Assembly (NCBI GenBank): GCA_964509195.1
Contig: CAZDWJ010000001.1
Location: 30,311 to 94,310, forward strand
Reading direction: 5' to 3'
Length of the DNA: 64,000 nucleotides
DNA from: an uncultured Leptospira sp.
GTDB lineage: Bacteria > Spirochaetota > UBA4802 > UB4802
This document shows, piece by piece, positions 39,476-48,641 of this stretch. Both the position numbers and the translations under genes were made by a program. The notes under the pieces were generated by a model. The model did not search any database, was not told the DNA's origin, and worked only from the letters and a program-made list of their open reading frames with translations. How positions within the stretch are numbered: the stretch's first letter is position 1; each line of letters begins with the position of its first letter.

Positions 39476-40056
39476 CGTCCATCTTCTTTTTGGATCCAGT
39501 CGCCTTTTTTTGCTTTAGCATGTTGCTCTTTTGCAAAATCATATCCAAACTGTATGGCTTTAGGATCTTTAGCATCCTTTGAATCAGAACTTTTGATAAA
39601 AATTATCTGACGCGCATTGTTCTCATCATTTATAACAGAACGAATAACTTCATTATCCTTTATTGACTGCAATTTTTTTTCATCAACAATACCTATATAG
39701 CCATTATACATTTCACCAACAATCCCCATGTCTTTATATTGACGTATCCTGTCAAGGTTAAGTTCGCGCATTTGTATTGCACGTAGCATTGATTCATCAA
39801 TAGCTCCAAGTGCACGGCGCTCACCTTTTGACGGCACCATAACGGTTGAAGTCACCCACGCATCTTTTTCGATTTCTTTATATTCACCAATAAGCTGTCG
39901 CTCCAATGCGGTTTTTTCACCGGTGATGTTGATAGCGGGAGGATGTATTTCAATACAGCTAGGAGCCCCTTTCAGGCATCCTGATGAACTGCAGCCTGCC
40001 TGCGAATACAGTATACCGGCAATGACAGCAAGTGCTATCGCTTGTATATGTTTCAT
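39460..40056 (-). CDS. lipoprotein with YdbL (DUF1318)-like domain, possible YnbE-YdbL fusion
   Basis: The Cys-containing N-terminus (LYSQAGCSSSGC) fits a lipoprotein signal. The YdbL-like core is MGIVGEMYNGYIGIV...VINDENNARQIIF and the tail is KKGDWIQKEDGRWVKK. I compare these with the E. coli YdbL segments recalled as GRVGETFYGYL and GEYVQGINGKWVRK. Confidence 0.65.
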   Translation of the reverse strand: MKHIQAIALAVIAGILYSQAGCSSSGCLKGAPSCIEIHPPAINITGEKTALERQLIGEYKEIEKDAWVTSTVMVPSKGERRALGAIDESMLRAIQMRELNLDRIRQYKDMGIVGEMYNGYIGIVDEKKLQSIKDNEVIRSVINDENNARQIIFIKSSDSKDAKDPKAIQFGYDFAKEQHAKAKKGDWIQKEDGRWVKK

Positions 40057-42776
40057 AGCGTTTCCTCCCTTACTCTATTAAAAAATTCAATGACAGGTAT
40101 ACGTTCATAGCGCACTCTTTCATTATTGACAGTAACAAAAACACCAAGCACCTTTTTTCTGAACAACACCGTTGGATACACCAGCCCTTTATCTATATAA
40201 AAATCAAAACCGGTAATAATGAGCGAATTATCCACCGCAAACTGCGCCATTCCTAATTTAGACTTTCCACGCTCTTCATTTATTCCCTTAAATAGCCTGT
40301 TTGCAAATTGCTCCCCAACCTTATATATGTTCACCGAACCTGAAATATCAAAATCCTCTGCAATGTTGAGATTTTTTCCCGCAACCTGTGCATTAAGCGA
40401 TAACAGCGAATCTTTATTAATTTTTACAGATTCTGGCTTATCTAACGTGCCTATATCAATATCATTGGCATTGAGCATCATCCTGAATTCCATATTTTTT
40501 GGATTGAGATCTGCTAAATTAAAATTTAATTCTTTAAGAGTAATTGTCCCCTTTAGGACCCGGGCACGCACATCTTTAATTTCTACCATGTTACGATTAA
40601 AGCCAATATACCCGTGCAAATTGCTAAGATATTCAAATGGGATATTGCGTGAAGGGTGCTGCGCAACAATTTTACCAACTGAAAAATTTGCCTTCTGTTT
40701 GAAAAGCTGAATGTTCAATACATCAGCTGAATCAAATGGCATCTTAAAGCTCTGACCCATAGAATAGGCTATGGGTATATCCATATCAACAGGACCAACA
40801 AAAAGCCTGGTGTTGTTACTCAGTGTTAATATATGTGCCTGTAAACTCCCTTTCGCAACTAATGATTGCATTGTACCTTTAAGTCGCAAAAATACATTCA
40901 GTACGCCGCTTAATGTATAGTCACCAAAATTAACCGGTGCCCTGGGGGCCACGTTTACTCCTGCATCAACATCAAGTGCAACATCTTCTTTTGTAATTAC
41001 TGTGCCTTTTGCATACATCCTGGCATGATGCTTTTTGCTCGAAATATCAAATGAGGCTATATCAATTTTACTTTTTTGCGGTTTCTGCGTAATTGCTACT
41101 TTCACTGTTAAATCATCAATAGAATAATCCGGTATTTTACAAAGTGCTTTGAGATTTATTTTATTTGTTTCATCCGAAACACTTACATCTGTGAGTATAT
41201 TCAACGTCACCGGCTTTGTAATAGGAGTTGATTCTAAGGATTGCTTTAACTGAACAGGCAAAGCATACGCTATTGAAGGGATATCAAACTTCAATGTAGA
41301 CACATTAATAGTAGCATCCATAGTATTACCTACTATTACTGAACCAGCTGCTTCACATCGTAGTGTCTCGGCTGCTATCTCTGGGGCTTTGTGTACCAGG
41401 ATTAACTTCTTGATGTTCAGTGATTTTGTATTCATTGTGTACACTACATCACATTGTACACTAATAGCGTTATCCCGCGACCTGTTTTCCTCAAGTGTAT
41501 ACACAAAATGCGGAAGGCCAACATTTATAGATGCTTCAATGCTATTGTTGAGCAACACAGCAGAATAGGGTATATCAACTTGTGGGATAGAGATCGCAAA
41601 TCCATCTGTGGCAAAAGCCAGCCGATTGCCCCGTATTGAACCCTTTATTGTTAGCCCGTATTTATCACCCGCAATCATAAGAGGAAAAATTGAAATCGTT
41701 CCATTAAAATACGGCTGTTTACCTAAAAGTACACTGGTATAGCGGTACACTTCATTGAGGCGAATATTGCTGTCAATCATACCCAACTGTATCCGGGGCT
41801 GTGAGTTTACGTGTGCGATAGTACCTGCAAATGAAATCCATGTCGATTGTCCAAAGACAATCTGTACTTTATTGCAGCGTAATACATCTTCTGCTGGATT
41901 ATACACAATATCATATTCCACATTAGCATTGAGTGGTGCCAGGTGTTTTTTGGTAAACCTAACTGGGGTATTGTGTGTGCCACATTTGAAGTTGCTTGAC
42001 AGATGCTTTTCATCAGGATCGTACAAAAGAGTGAAGGTAAATAAAAGGGGGGGCCCTGCAATCACATCCTTTGATACAAATGAAAGATGCAACGTTTCTT
42101 CAGGATTAACTGTAATGTGTAATTTATCAAATAGCATTATTGCCAGCATATTCAATGGGATGTGGCGTACCCTGGGAAGGTGCACAGAAATGCCAGTTGA
42201 AAAATTATCCAGGTTCAGATTGTAGGTGCTGCTGGTAATCTTTAATGACAAGTTTTCCAGCACAAACCCAAAAAGAATTTCTACGGGAACTGGAAAGGAT
42301 AGTTCGCCTTTTTCTTCCTTTTTTCCTTTTTCAGCTTCTTCTTTTTCTTCTTTCTCTTCTTTTTCAGAGGGCTTCACCAGTTTTTGTACATTCCATACAC
42401 CTTTCTGCTCTTCAATAAATATTTTTGGATTATACAAACCAATCTCATAAATCTTTATCTTACCTATCAATAGTGAGAAAAAACTATAGTGCACTTTCAA
42501 TTGATCAAAATGGATTACAGGCTTTGAATTAACGTTATCTGTAAGTGTGAAATTTTTAATTTCAAACCCATTGAATAATGAAAAATGCGTTACCTGGCAT
42601 GAAGCACGTGCATTTAAATTGAACTCTATCTGACTTGTAATAATTTTTTCTACTCTGCCGTTTGTTAATACTATGTTGGCAATAAAAAGAATAATCACTA
42701 TCAGAACAATCAAACTACAGAGTACTATGCCAATATAAGAAATAATTTTAATGATATATCGCAGTAATTCTTTCAA
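40053..42776 (-). CDS. AsmA-like / YdbH-like large membrane-anchored envelope protein
   Basis: 907 aa with a single N-terminal TM helix, then a long beta-rich sequence. Its position directly upstream of a YdbL-like gene mirrors E. coli ydbH-ynbE-ydbL. The family assignment rests on context and architecture. Confidence 0.5.
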   Translation of the reverse strand: MKELLRYIIKIISYIGIVLCSLIVLIVIILFIANIVLTNGRVEKIITSQIEFNLNARASCQVTHFSLFNGFEIKNFTLTDNVNSKPVIHFDQLKVHYSFFSLLIGKIKIYEIGLYNPKIFIEEQKGVWNVQKLVKPSEKEEKEEKEEAEKGKKEEKGELSFPVPVEILFGFVLENLSLKITSSTYNLNLDNFSTGISVHLPRVRHIPLNMLAIMLFDKLHITVNPEETLHLSFVSKDVIAGPPLLFTFTLLYDPDEKHLSSNFKCGTHNTPVRFTKKHLAPLNANVEYDIVYNPAEDVLRCNKVQIVFGQSTWISFAGTIAHVNSQPRIQLGMIDSNIRLNEVYRYTSVLLGKQPYFNGTISIFPLMIAGDKYGLTIKGSIRGNRLAFATDGFAISIPQVDIPYSAVLLNNSIEASINVGLPHFVYTLEENRSRDNAISVQCDVVYTMNTKSLNIKKLILVHKAPEIAAETLRCEAAGSVIVGNTMDATINVSTLKFDIPSIAYALPVQLKQSLESTPITKPVTLNILTDVSVSDETNKINLKALCKIPDYSIDDLTVKVAITQKPQKSKIDIASFDISSKKHHARMYAKGTVITKEDVALDVDAGVNVAPRAPVNFGDYTLSGVLNVFLRLKGTMQSLVAKGSLQAHILTLSNNTRLFVGPVDMDIPIAYSMGQSFKMPFDSADVLNIQLFKQKANFSVGKIVAQHPSRNIPFEYLSNLHGYIGFNRNMVEIKDVRARVLKGTITLKELNFNLADLNPKNMEFRMMLNANDIDIGTLDKPESVKINKDSLLSLNAQVAGKNLNIAEDFDISGSVNIYKVGEQFANRLFKGINEERGKSKLGMAQFAVDNSLIITGFDFYIDKGLVYPTVLFRKKVLGVFVTVNNERVRYERIPVIEFFNRVREETL

Positions 42777-42908
42777 GCCTTTTCTCCATATTCCCTTTTA
42801 CACACATGAATTAATATTACGCCATGAATGTATCAAAAACTTTTTTTCATTGACATCTCAATAATTAGCTTTGTACCATGACATTAATTTTATAAGTAAG
42901 GGTAACGT

Positions 42909-43283
42909 ATGAGTACATTAAATGATCTTTTTTCTTCCGAATATTTAAAAAGTGACGCTATTCTCATTGGGAAAATTAAAAAGCCGTCCCTAACCAAAGA
43001 AGAGGCTACTCAAATCTTAGAATTTGTCAAGCAAGATATACAGAACTACGCTGACCATCAGCATTTCATTCTTGATGTGTTGGCCGTACAGGAAGTTTCC
43101 AACCCTATCATTGGTGTTTTAATGAAAGCACTGCAGTTCTGGAAAAAAACACGAGGATATGCCCTTCTGGTGATGACTGATGATCTTTTACAAAAAATAA
43201 TGATTGAGCAGCCTGCAATGTTTGATTTCTTTGCGGTATTCCACACTGTTGATGAGGCAATAGCTTTTACTAAAAAGGGATAA
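42909..43283 (+). CDS. STAS-domain protein (anti-sigma-factor-antagonist-like)
   Basis: 124 aa. FILDVLAVQEVSNPIIGVLMKAL resembles the SpoIIAA DLSxVxFxDSSGLGxL region, and the C-terminal FHTVDEAIAF is typical of the family. Confidence 0.55.
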   Translation: MSTLNDLFSSEYLKSDAILIGKIKKPSLTKEEATQILEFVKQDIQNYADHQHFILDVLAVQEVSNPIIGVLMKALQFWKKTRGYALLVMTDDLLQKIMIEQPAMFDFFAVFHTVDEAIAFTKKG

Positions 43284-43286
43284 TCT

Positions 43287-46200
43287 TTATAAATCTTTAA
43301 TTATCTTCCTATCGATTGCAACTGCTGTGTGAGCAGGATGTTCAATAACCTCATTCATTTCAGTCTTTTCCTTAAAGCGTAAGACATTTAACATGAATAT
43401 TTCAAGTTTGTTCAATGTTGTAGGTGGCAGAGTATTGCCATCAATTTCAACTGACAAAACAGGATAACCTTGAGCACGTGCCCATGGAGTAAGAATGCCT
43501 TCAATGACACGGCCAATCAAACAGGCAAATGGTGAAATATTGACAATGCCTGAATAGCCATCCTGCATTGCCATTGCTGCTACTCCACTTGAAACAGTAA
43601 TCTCAGATTGAAGCTCCAGATCCACAAAATGTTTTTGTGACATATTCATGATATGGTACATATCATGAGGTGTTTCTGGAATCAAACGGGTTTTCTTAAA
43701 TGCATCTTTAACTTTTTTCTCAACATAATGTTTATACCACTGCTCAATATAAAACTTCAACAGAAATCTGAACTCAGGGATGATAATCTTTTTATACCAT
43801 GGTACCAATGTAATAGCCTTCTTGTATTCATACTGGCGTACGAAATCACAGTAATATATCCATTCACTTACGCCTGAAACTTTTGCAATAATACCTTTTC
43901 TGCTGAAGTGCTTCACCAGTTCATCAACCGCAAAATCATCCCTGCGAACATAGATTTCACCCACTATAAGTACTTTTGGGCATTGTTCGATAGCTCTCTG
44001 TAATGGAATATTGCTGATAGTATTCGCAATCTTTTTCAATACCGGTATAACCTTAGTGACATCCTTCTCGGCAACTGAGATTAACTCCTGCCACAACTGA
44101 TCATACAGTGCCAGTGCACTAACAGGATCCTTGGCACATGCTCTGAGTGAGGTTTCAATGTCCTTCATATAATCACTGATGACAACGCCCCACCAGGCAT
44201 GCTTTGAGAAGTGTGGTCCTAATTCAGTATATGAATGCGATGAATCCAGTGTCACCACACAGACATTTTCAAGGCGCAAATCTTTAAATAGGTTTTCATA
44301 AAACACATAATATTGCCCCGTACGGCATGGCCCTTGTGTTGTAGGTATAAATAGAAGATATATTTCATCCTTTTTATATCGTGGTGAAGCAAAGTACTGC
44401 AATGCGCTTCCCAACACAAGATGTGAGGGCAAACACTCTTTTCCTGATACAAATTGCCGTGCTATTTGTAACGTCCTGGCATCCGGCACTTGCATCGCCT
44501 CAGCGTGTATGCCAGCAGATCGCAAAGAAGCAGCCAAAAGCTCTGCACCTAAACGACCCATACTAGCTAAAAGCAATGTTACTTTATTGTTATTGCGCAC
44601 CGTAATTTTTTCATTTGTAATAATGTTGCGTACATACAGTTCATCATCCTCAATCACAAAGCGCAAACCGTTATCATAACGCTGGGACTTTTCATCCACA
44701 CATTTCTGCCGGTAGCCTTCTATAATATCCAGAAATGCTTCAATGCGCGTATCAATACCTGCATCAGCCGTGTGGGAATCAAGCTCTAAGATGAGAAAAG
44801 GCTTTGAGCCCATAATCCATTTAAGATAGTGCAGCATGAATGAATCAGGAGCACACGAAAAATTTGAAATAAACGTCACATAGATATTATCTTCTTTTGC
44901 AAGCATAACGCTTGCTTTCATATCCTGCTGGCCATAAAACCAGTACATGTTGGAAAATATTGTTTCATCCTCAAATGGCAGTATGTCAAATGGAATAACT
45001 GTATACCCAATGCTGGTAAATTTTTTGGGAATACCCATATTTGCATCTTTAGTAAACGCATTATATGGCCTCCCTAATAGCGCAATTACAGGCTTTTGCA
45101 ACATCCGCGCAAACTCCAATGCCTGCATACCAAGGTTTCTGGCTTTTTCAAAATACTCTTTCTGCTTTTCCAGCGCTAACCTGAAAGCTTTTTTCCCTTC
45201 TTTTTTTGAAAATCCTAATGTTACTGCAACTTTTACAAATGAGTCTTCAGTAATTTTATCCGATAGTTTAAAACTAATAACCGGTGAAAGTATTTTTTCT
45301 TTAGGGATTTCATCAAATGCCTTTTTAATATAATATGGCAATCCCTGAGTGATCGGACAAAATGTAGCACGTGCATCATCCTGGTAGCTCTCCATCTCTT
45401 TGATGTGCGGCAGGAAGATATAATCAACATGTTTATCAAGAATATTTTTAACAGCACCGTGAGCTATCTCAGCAGGGAAGCAATAGGCACTTTCAACTTT
45501 AGCCATTCCCTCTTCTGAAATTTTATCAGAGGTAACTGTCGCCACACCCAATTCATTAAAAAACCATGAATACAGTGGCCACAGTGTATATGTAGAAAAA
45601 CACAGGGGAATACCCACCGTTATTGACGCATCCCGTGGTGTTTCCTGTGGTGCACATTCACAGAATAATAACTCATTTCTCTTTTCAATAAAATCAACAA
45701 CTTCATTTTCATTGATAATTCTTTTTTTGCGCTTATTAGCATACTTACTGCACCTGCCGCCAAACATATATTTATTGCCATTGACGTTAAGCATTCTGAT
45801 ACTACAGTAGTTATCACATGCTTTGCAGGTAAACTCTCGTTCATAGACAATTTCAGTATTCAGAATTGCATCAAGAGAATAATATTTTTTTTGCATCAGA
45901 CCATCCTGTAACTTCTGCAGTGCAACTATCGCCACACCAAAACACCCTAAAAGTTCAGGATCTGGTGGTACAGTAATATGCTTTCCCAGCAACATGGCAA
46001 ATGCAAGTGGTACTGCCTTATTTTTTGCCACACCACCCTGAAGTACAATAGAATTACCAATAGTTCTGTTTCCCACAACACGATTGAGATAGTTAGCAAC
46101 AATAGACGTTACAAGGCCTGCAGTTATATCTTCCTTGCTAGCTCCCTGCTGAATAGCCTTGCGTATGTCTGAATTAATAAACGCTGAACAGTGCTCACCA

Positions 46201-47588
46201 AACTTGAGTGGCTTCTGTGCCTTAAGTGCAATTTCACCAATTTCCCATGCGTGGGCTATATTCAAATCACCCTGAGCAGACTCTTCCAAAAATGATCCAG
46301 TTCCTGCAGAACAGGCTTCATTCATTGCATAATCAATAGGCACACCATTTTTTAAATACACATACTTGGCATCCTGCCCGCCAATCTCAAATATTGTATC
46401 AATGTCGGGCTTGAAATACGTTGTTCCAACCGAATGTGCAATGATTTCATTATAGATAGCCGGTGTTTCCAGAAATACTCCCAGTATTTCACGTGATGAA
46501 CCAGTAGTGGCAGTAAGCGAAATGGTAATGGGACTATCGCCTATTTGTTCTTTCAGCTGCTTTTGTATCTCAGCTATGCACTTTTTCAACGCTTTTACCG
46601 GATCACCATGCGTGCGCCCATAATATGCTGCCACAATTTCATGGGTTTCTATATCAACAAGGCATGCCTTGGTAGTAGTGGACCCTCCATCAACGCCCAG
46701 AATGTATTCACCACCTGGTTTTGCAACACTACGTTTTGAAGGGATATAGGTAACTTTATCACATGCTGTTTGTAAACTGTTAAACCGGGGAAAGCTTATA
46801 CAATGTGTTTCAAATATATTATCTCCAAGTGGTTCACCATACTGCTGTGCCAATAGCGCTGCACCATAGGCCTCAAAATATGAAGCTTCATCTGGAATTA
46901 TAAACGTAACATCAGGCACCTTTTCTTGTATAAATTGCAAAATATATGGATTATGTGTTATGCCTCCAGTCAAAATAACAGTACCCTGCCGTATTTTTGC
47001 TTTTTTTAAAAAATCTACAACTTTAATTGCCATAACATTGGAAAGCGAGAGGACAATATCACCTTTGGACGCCTCACCTTTATTCAATCTGTGTGTACAG
47101 TCACTTTTCATAAACACAGAACAGCGCGTTGATAGTTTTAACACCTTACTATTTTCTGGAATTTTATGTATATCGCCCAGTACCATATCCATGCGGGCTA
47201 ACTGCTGCTTAAAAAACTCACCTGTGCCAGCAGCGCATTTGTTCCCGGAAAAATTATTTTTTATCTTTTTATTTTCATCGATAGTATATACTACAAGGTC
47301 CTCTCCACCCATGGACACCACTGCATCGGGATAACAATCCATATGTTTCAATGCTTCTTCTATGCACACGGATTCTATAACACGGGGCAGATGAAGCAAA
47401 AACCGGCCTTCATTACCGGTAACTATCGCTTTTGGATTCCCTGGTATTTTTAATTGAGTAAGCATTGAGGTAAGTGTACCAGGCACATTACCTTCATGTG
47501 GCATGATACTAAAACATTCCATTTTTTTATTATTTAAAATGACGACCTTAACACTGGTAGAACCAATATTAATACCCACAGTAACCAT
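43287..47588 (-). CDS. 1433-aa BadF/BadG/BcrA/BcrD-type double ATPase (acyl-CoA dehydratase activase-like) fused to two activase-associated (DUF2229-like) domains
   Basis: Two actin-fold ATPase units (GINIGSTSVKV..NKCAAGTGEFF and GVDGGSTTTKA..NEACSAGTGSFLE). These are followed by a Cys cluster (CKACDNYCS...GGRCSKY) and a ~750-aa C-terminal region. Confidence 0.75.
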   Translation of the reverse strand: MVTVGINIGSTSVKVVILNNKKMECFSIMPHEGNVPGTLTSMLTQLKIPGNPKAIVTGNEGRFLLHLPRVIESVCIEEALKHMDCYPDAVVSMGGEDLVVYTIDENKKIKNNFSGNKCAAGTGEFFKQQLARMDMVLGDIHKIPENSKVLKLSTRCSVFMKSDCTHRLNKGEASKGDIVLSLSNVMAIKVVDFLKKAKIRQGTVILTGGITHNPYILQFIQEKVPDVTFIIPDEASYFEAYGAALLAQQYGEPLGDNIFETHCISFPRFNSLQTACDKVTYIPSKRSVAKPGGEYILGVDGGSTTTKACLVDIETHEIVAAYYGRTHGDPVKALKKCIAEIQKQLKEQIGDSPITISLTATTGSSREILGVFLETPAIYNEIIAHSVGTTYFKPDIDTIFEIGGQDAKYVYLKNGVPIDYAMNEACSAGTGSFLEESAQGDLNIAHAWEIGEIALKAQKPLKFGEHCSAFINSDIRKAIQQGASKEDITAGLVTSIVANYLNRVVGNRTIGNSIVLQGGVAKNKAVPLAFAMLLGKHITVPPDPELLGCFGVAIVALQKLQDGLMQKKYYSLDAILNTEIVYEREFTCKACDNYCSIRMLNVNGNKYMFGGRCSKYANKRKKRIINENEVVDFIEKRNELLFCECAPQETPRDASITVGIPLCFSTYTLWPLYSWFFNELGVATVTSDKISEEGMAKVESAYCFPAEIAHGAVKNILDKHVDYIFLPHIKEMESYQDDARATFCPITQGLPYYIKKAFDEIPKEKILSPVISFKLSDKITEDSFVKVAVTLGFSKKEGKKAFRLALEKQKEYFEKARNLGMQALEFARMLQKPVIALLGRPYNAFTKDANMGIPKKFTSIGYTVIPFDILPFEDETIFSNMYWFYGQQDMKASVMLAKEDNIYVTFISNFSCAPDSFMLHYLKWIMGSKPFLILELDSHTADAGIDTRIEAFLDIIEGYRQKCVDEKSQRYDNGLRFVIEDDELYVRNIITNEKITVRNNNKVTLLLASMGRLGAELLAASLRSAGIHAEAMQVPDARTLQIARQFVSGKECLPSHLVLGSALQYFASPRYKKDEIYLLFIPTTQGPCRTGQYYVFYENLFKDLRLENVCVVTLDSSHSYTELGPHFSKHAWWGVVISDYMKDIETSLRACAKDPVSALALYDQLWQELISVAEKDVTKVIPVLKKIANTISNIPLQRAIEQCPKVLIVGEIYVRRDDFAVDELVKHFSRKGIIAKVSGVSEWIYYCDFVRQYEYKKAITLVPWYKKIIIPEFRFLLKFYIEQWYKHYVEKKVKDAFKKTRLIPETPHDMYHIMNMSQKHFVDLELQSEITVSSGVAAMAMQDGYSGIVNISPFACLIGRVIEGILTPWARAQGYPVLSVEIDGNTLPPTTLNKLEIFMLNVLRFKEKTEMNEVIEHPAHTAVAIDRKIIKDL

Positions 47589-47648
47589 GATAATGCCTCC
47601 GAAGCCTAAACAGCTTTTTTTTAATTACTGTCTTTGTATGTAGTGTTT

Positions 47649-48569
47649 TTATTTTTCTTTATATTCGGGGGTATATATAGAAGTTACTATTGAAATTGTC
47701 AATACAAATGCAATCACACTAAGCGAGATTTCAGTTGGGATATGATATCCCAGCTGGGCGGCAATCATCTTAGAGCCAACATAAATCAGGATAACTGACA
47801 AACCATAATGCAAGAACCTAAATAATCGCATAACGGCTGCCAGTGCAAAGTAAAGTGCCCTAAGTCCCAGAATTGCCATAACATTTGATGTATACACAAT
47901 AAAGGGGTCATGACTTATTGCAAGTACTGCAGGGATTGAATCAACCGCAAACACAACATCGGTTGATTCTATAACCAGCAATACTATGAAAAGTGGAGTA
48001 ACAAATCGCTTGCCATTTTCTTTCACAAATAAATAGCCATTGCGATAGTCACCTGTAACTGGCAACATTTTCCGCGCTAACTTAAGAACAGGATTTTTCT
48101 CAGGGTGTATTTCTTTATCTTTTTCCTTCATCATCTTATAGCCAGTGTAAATTAAAAAAGCCCCAAATATATACAGTATCCAATCAAACTTTTCTATTAA
48201 CGCTATGCCTGCAAAAATGAAAATGGCTCGCATAATCAGAGCACCCAGCACACCCCAGAAAAGCACTTTATGCTGATATATTGGATTTACCTTAAAATAT
48301 GTAAAAAGCATCAGAAATACAAAGATGTTATCCATGCTCAAAGACTTTTCAACCAGGTAGGCAGTGAAAAACAATAATGCTTTCTGATATCCTGAGTAAA
48401 AATAGATGCCTGCATTAAATATAAGAGATAAGACTATCCAGAATATTGTCCACAGTACAGCTTCTTTTACCTTTATTTCATGTGCTTTTTTATTAAATAC
48501 ACCCAAATCTAAAAGCAGCATGAGCAAAACAAAAACATTAAACCCCACCCATAAAAGAGTTGTGGACAT
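47649..48569 (-). CDS. terC: TerC-family integral membrane protein
   Basis: Nine hydrophobic segments and the TerC signature SLSMDNIFVFLMLF / VESTDVVFAVDSIPAV. Confidence 0.85.
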   Translation of the reverse strand: MSTTLLWVGFNVFVLLMLLLDLGVFNKKAHEIKVKEAVLWTIFWIVLSLIFNAGIYFYSGYQKALLFFTAYLVEKSLSMDNIFVFLMLFTYFKVNPIYQHKVLFWGVLGALIMRAIFIFAGIALIEKFDWILYIFGAFLIYTGYKMMKEKDKEIHPEKNPVLKLARKMLPVTGDYRNGYLFVKENGKRFVTPLFIVLLVIESTDVVFAVDSIPAVLAISHDPFIVYTSNVMAILGLRALYFALAAVMRLFRFLHYGLSVILIYVGSKMIAAQLGYHIPTEISLSVIAFVLTISIVTSIYTPEYKEK

Positions 48570-48641
48570 TTATTTTTCTCCTATTAAATTGGACACCTTC
48601 GCCACCGAAAGGAGCGAAGGCGTACTGTATTCTATCTAATA

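Noticed and set aside
48570-48641. Possible yybP-ykoY (Mn) riboswitch upstream of terC
   Set aside because: The spacer is only 72 nt. It holds a single simple hairpin and lacks the conserved four-helix architecture and sequence blocks of that riboswitch.
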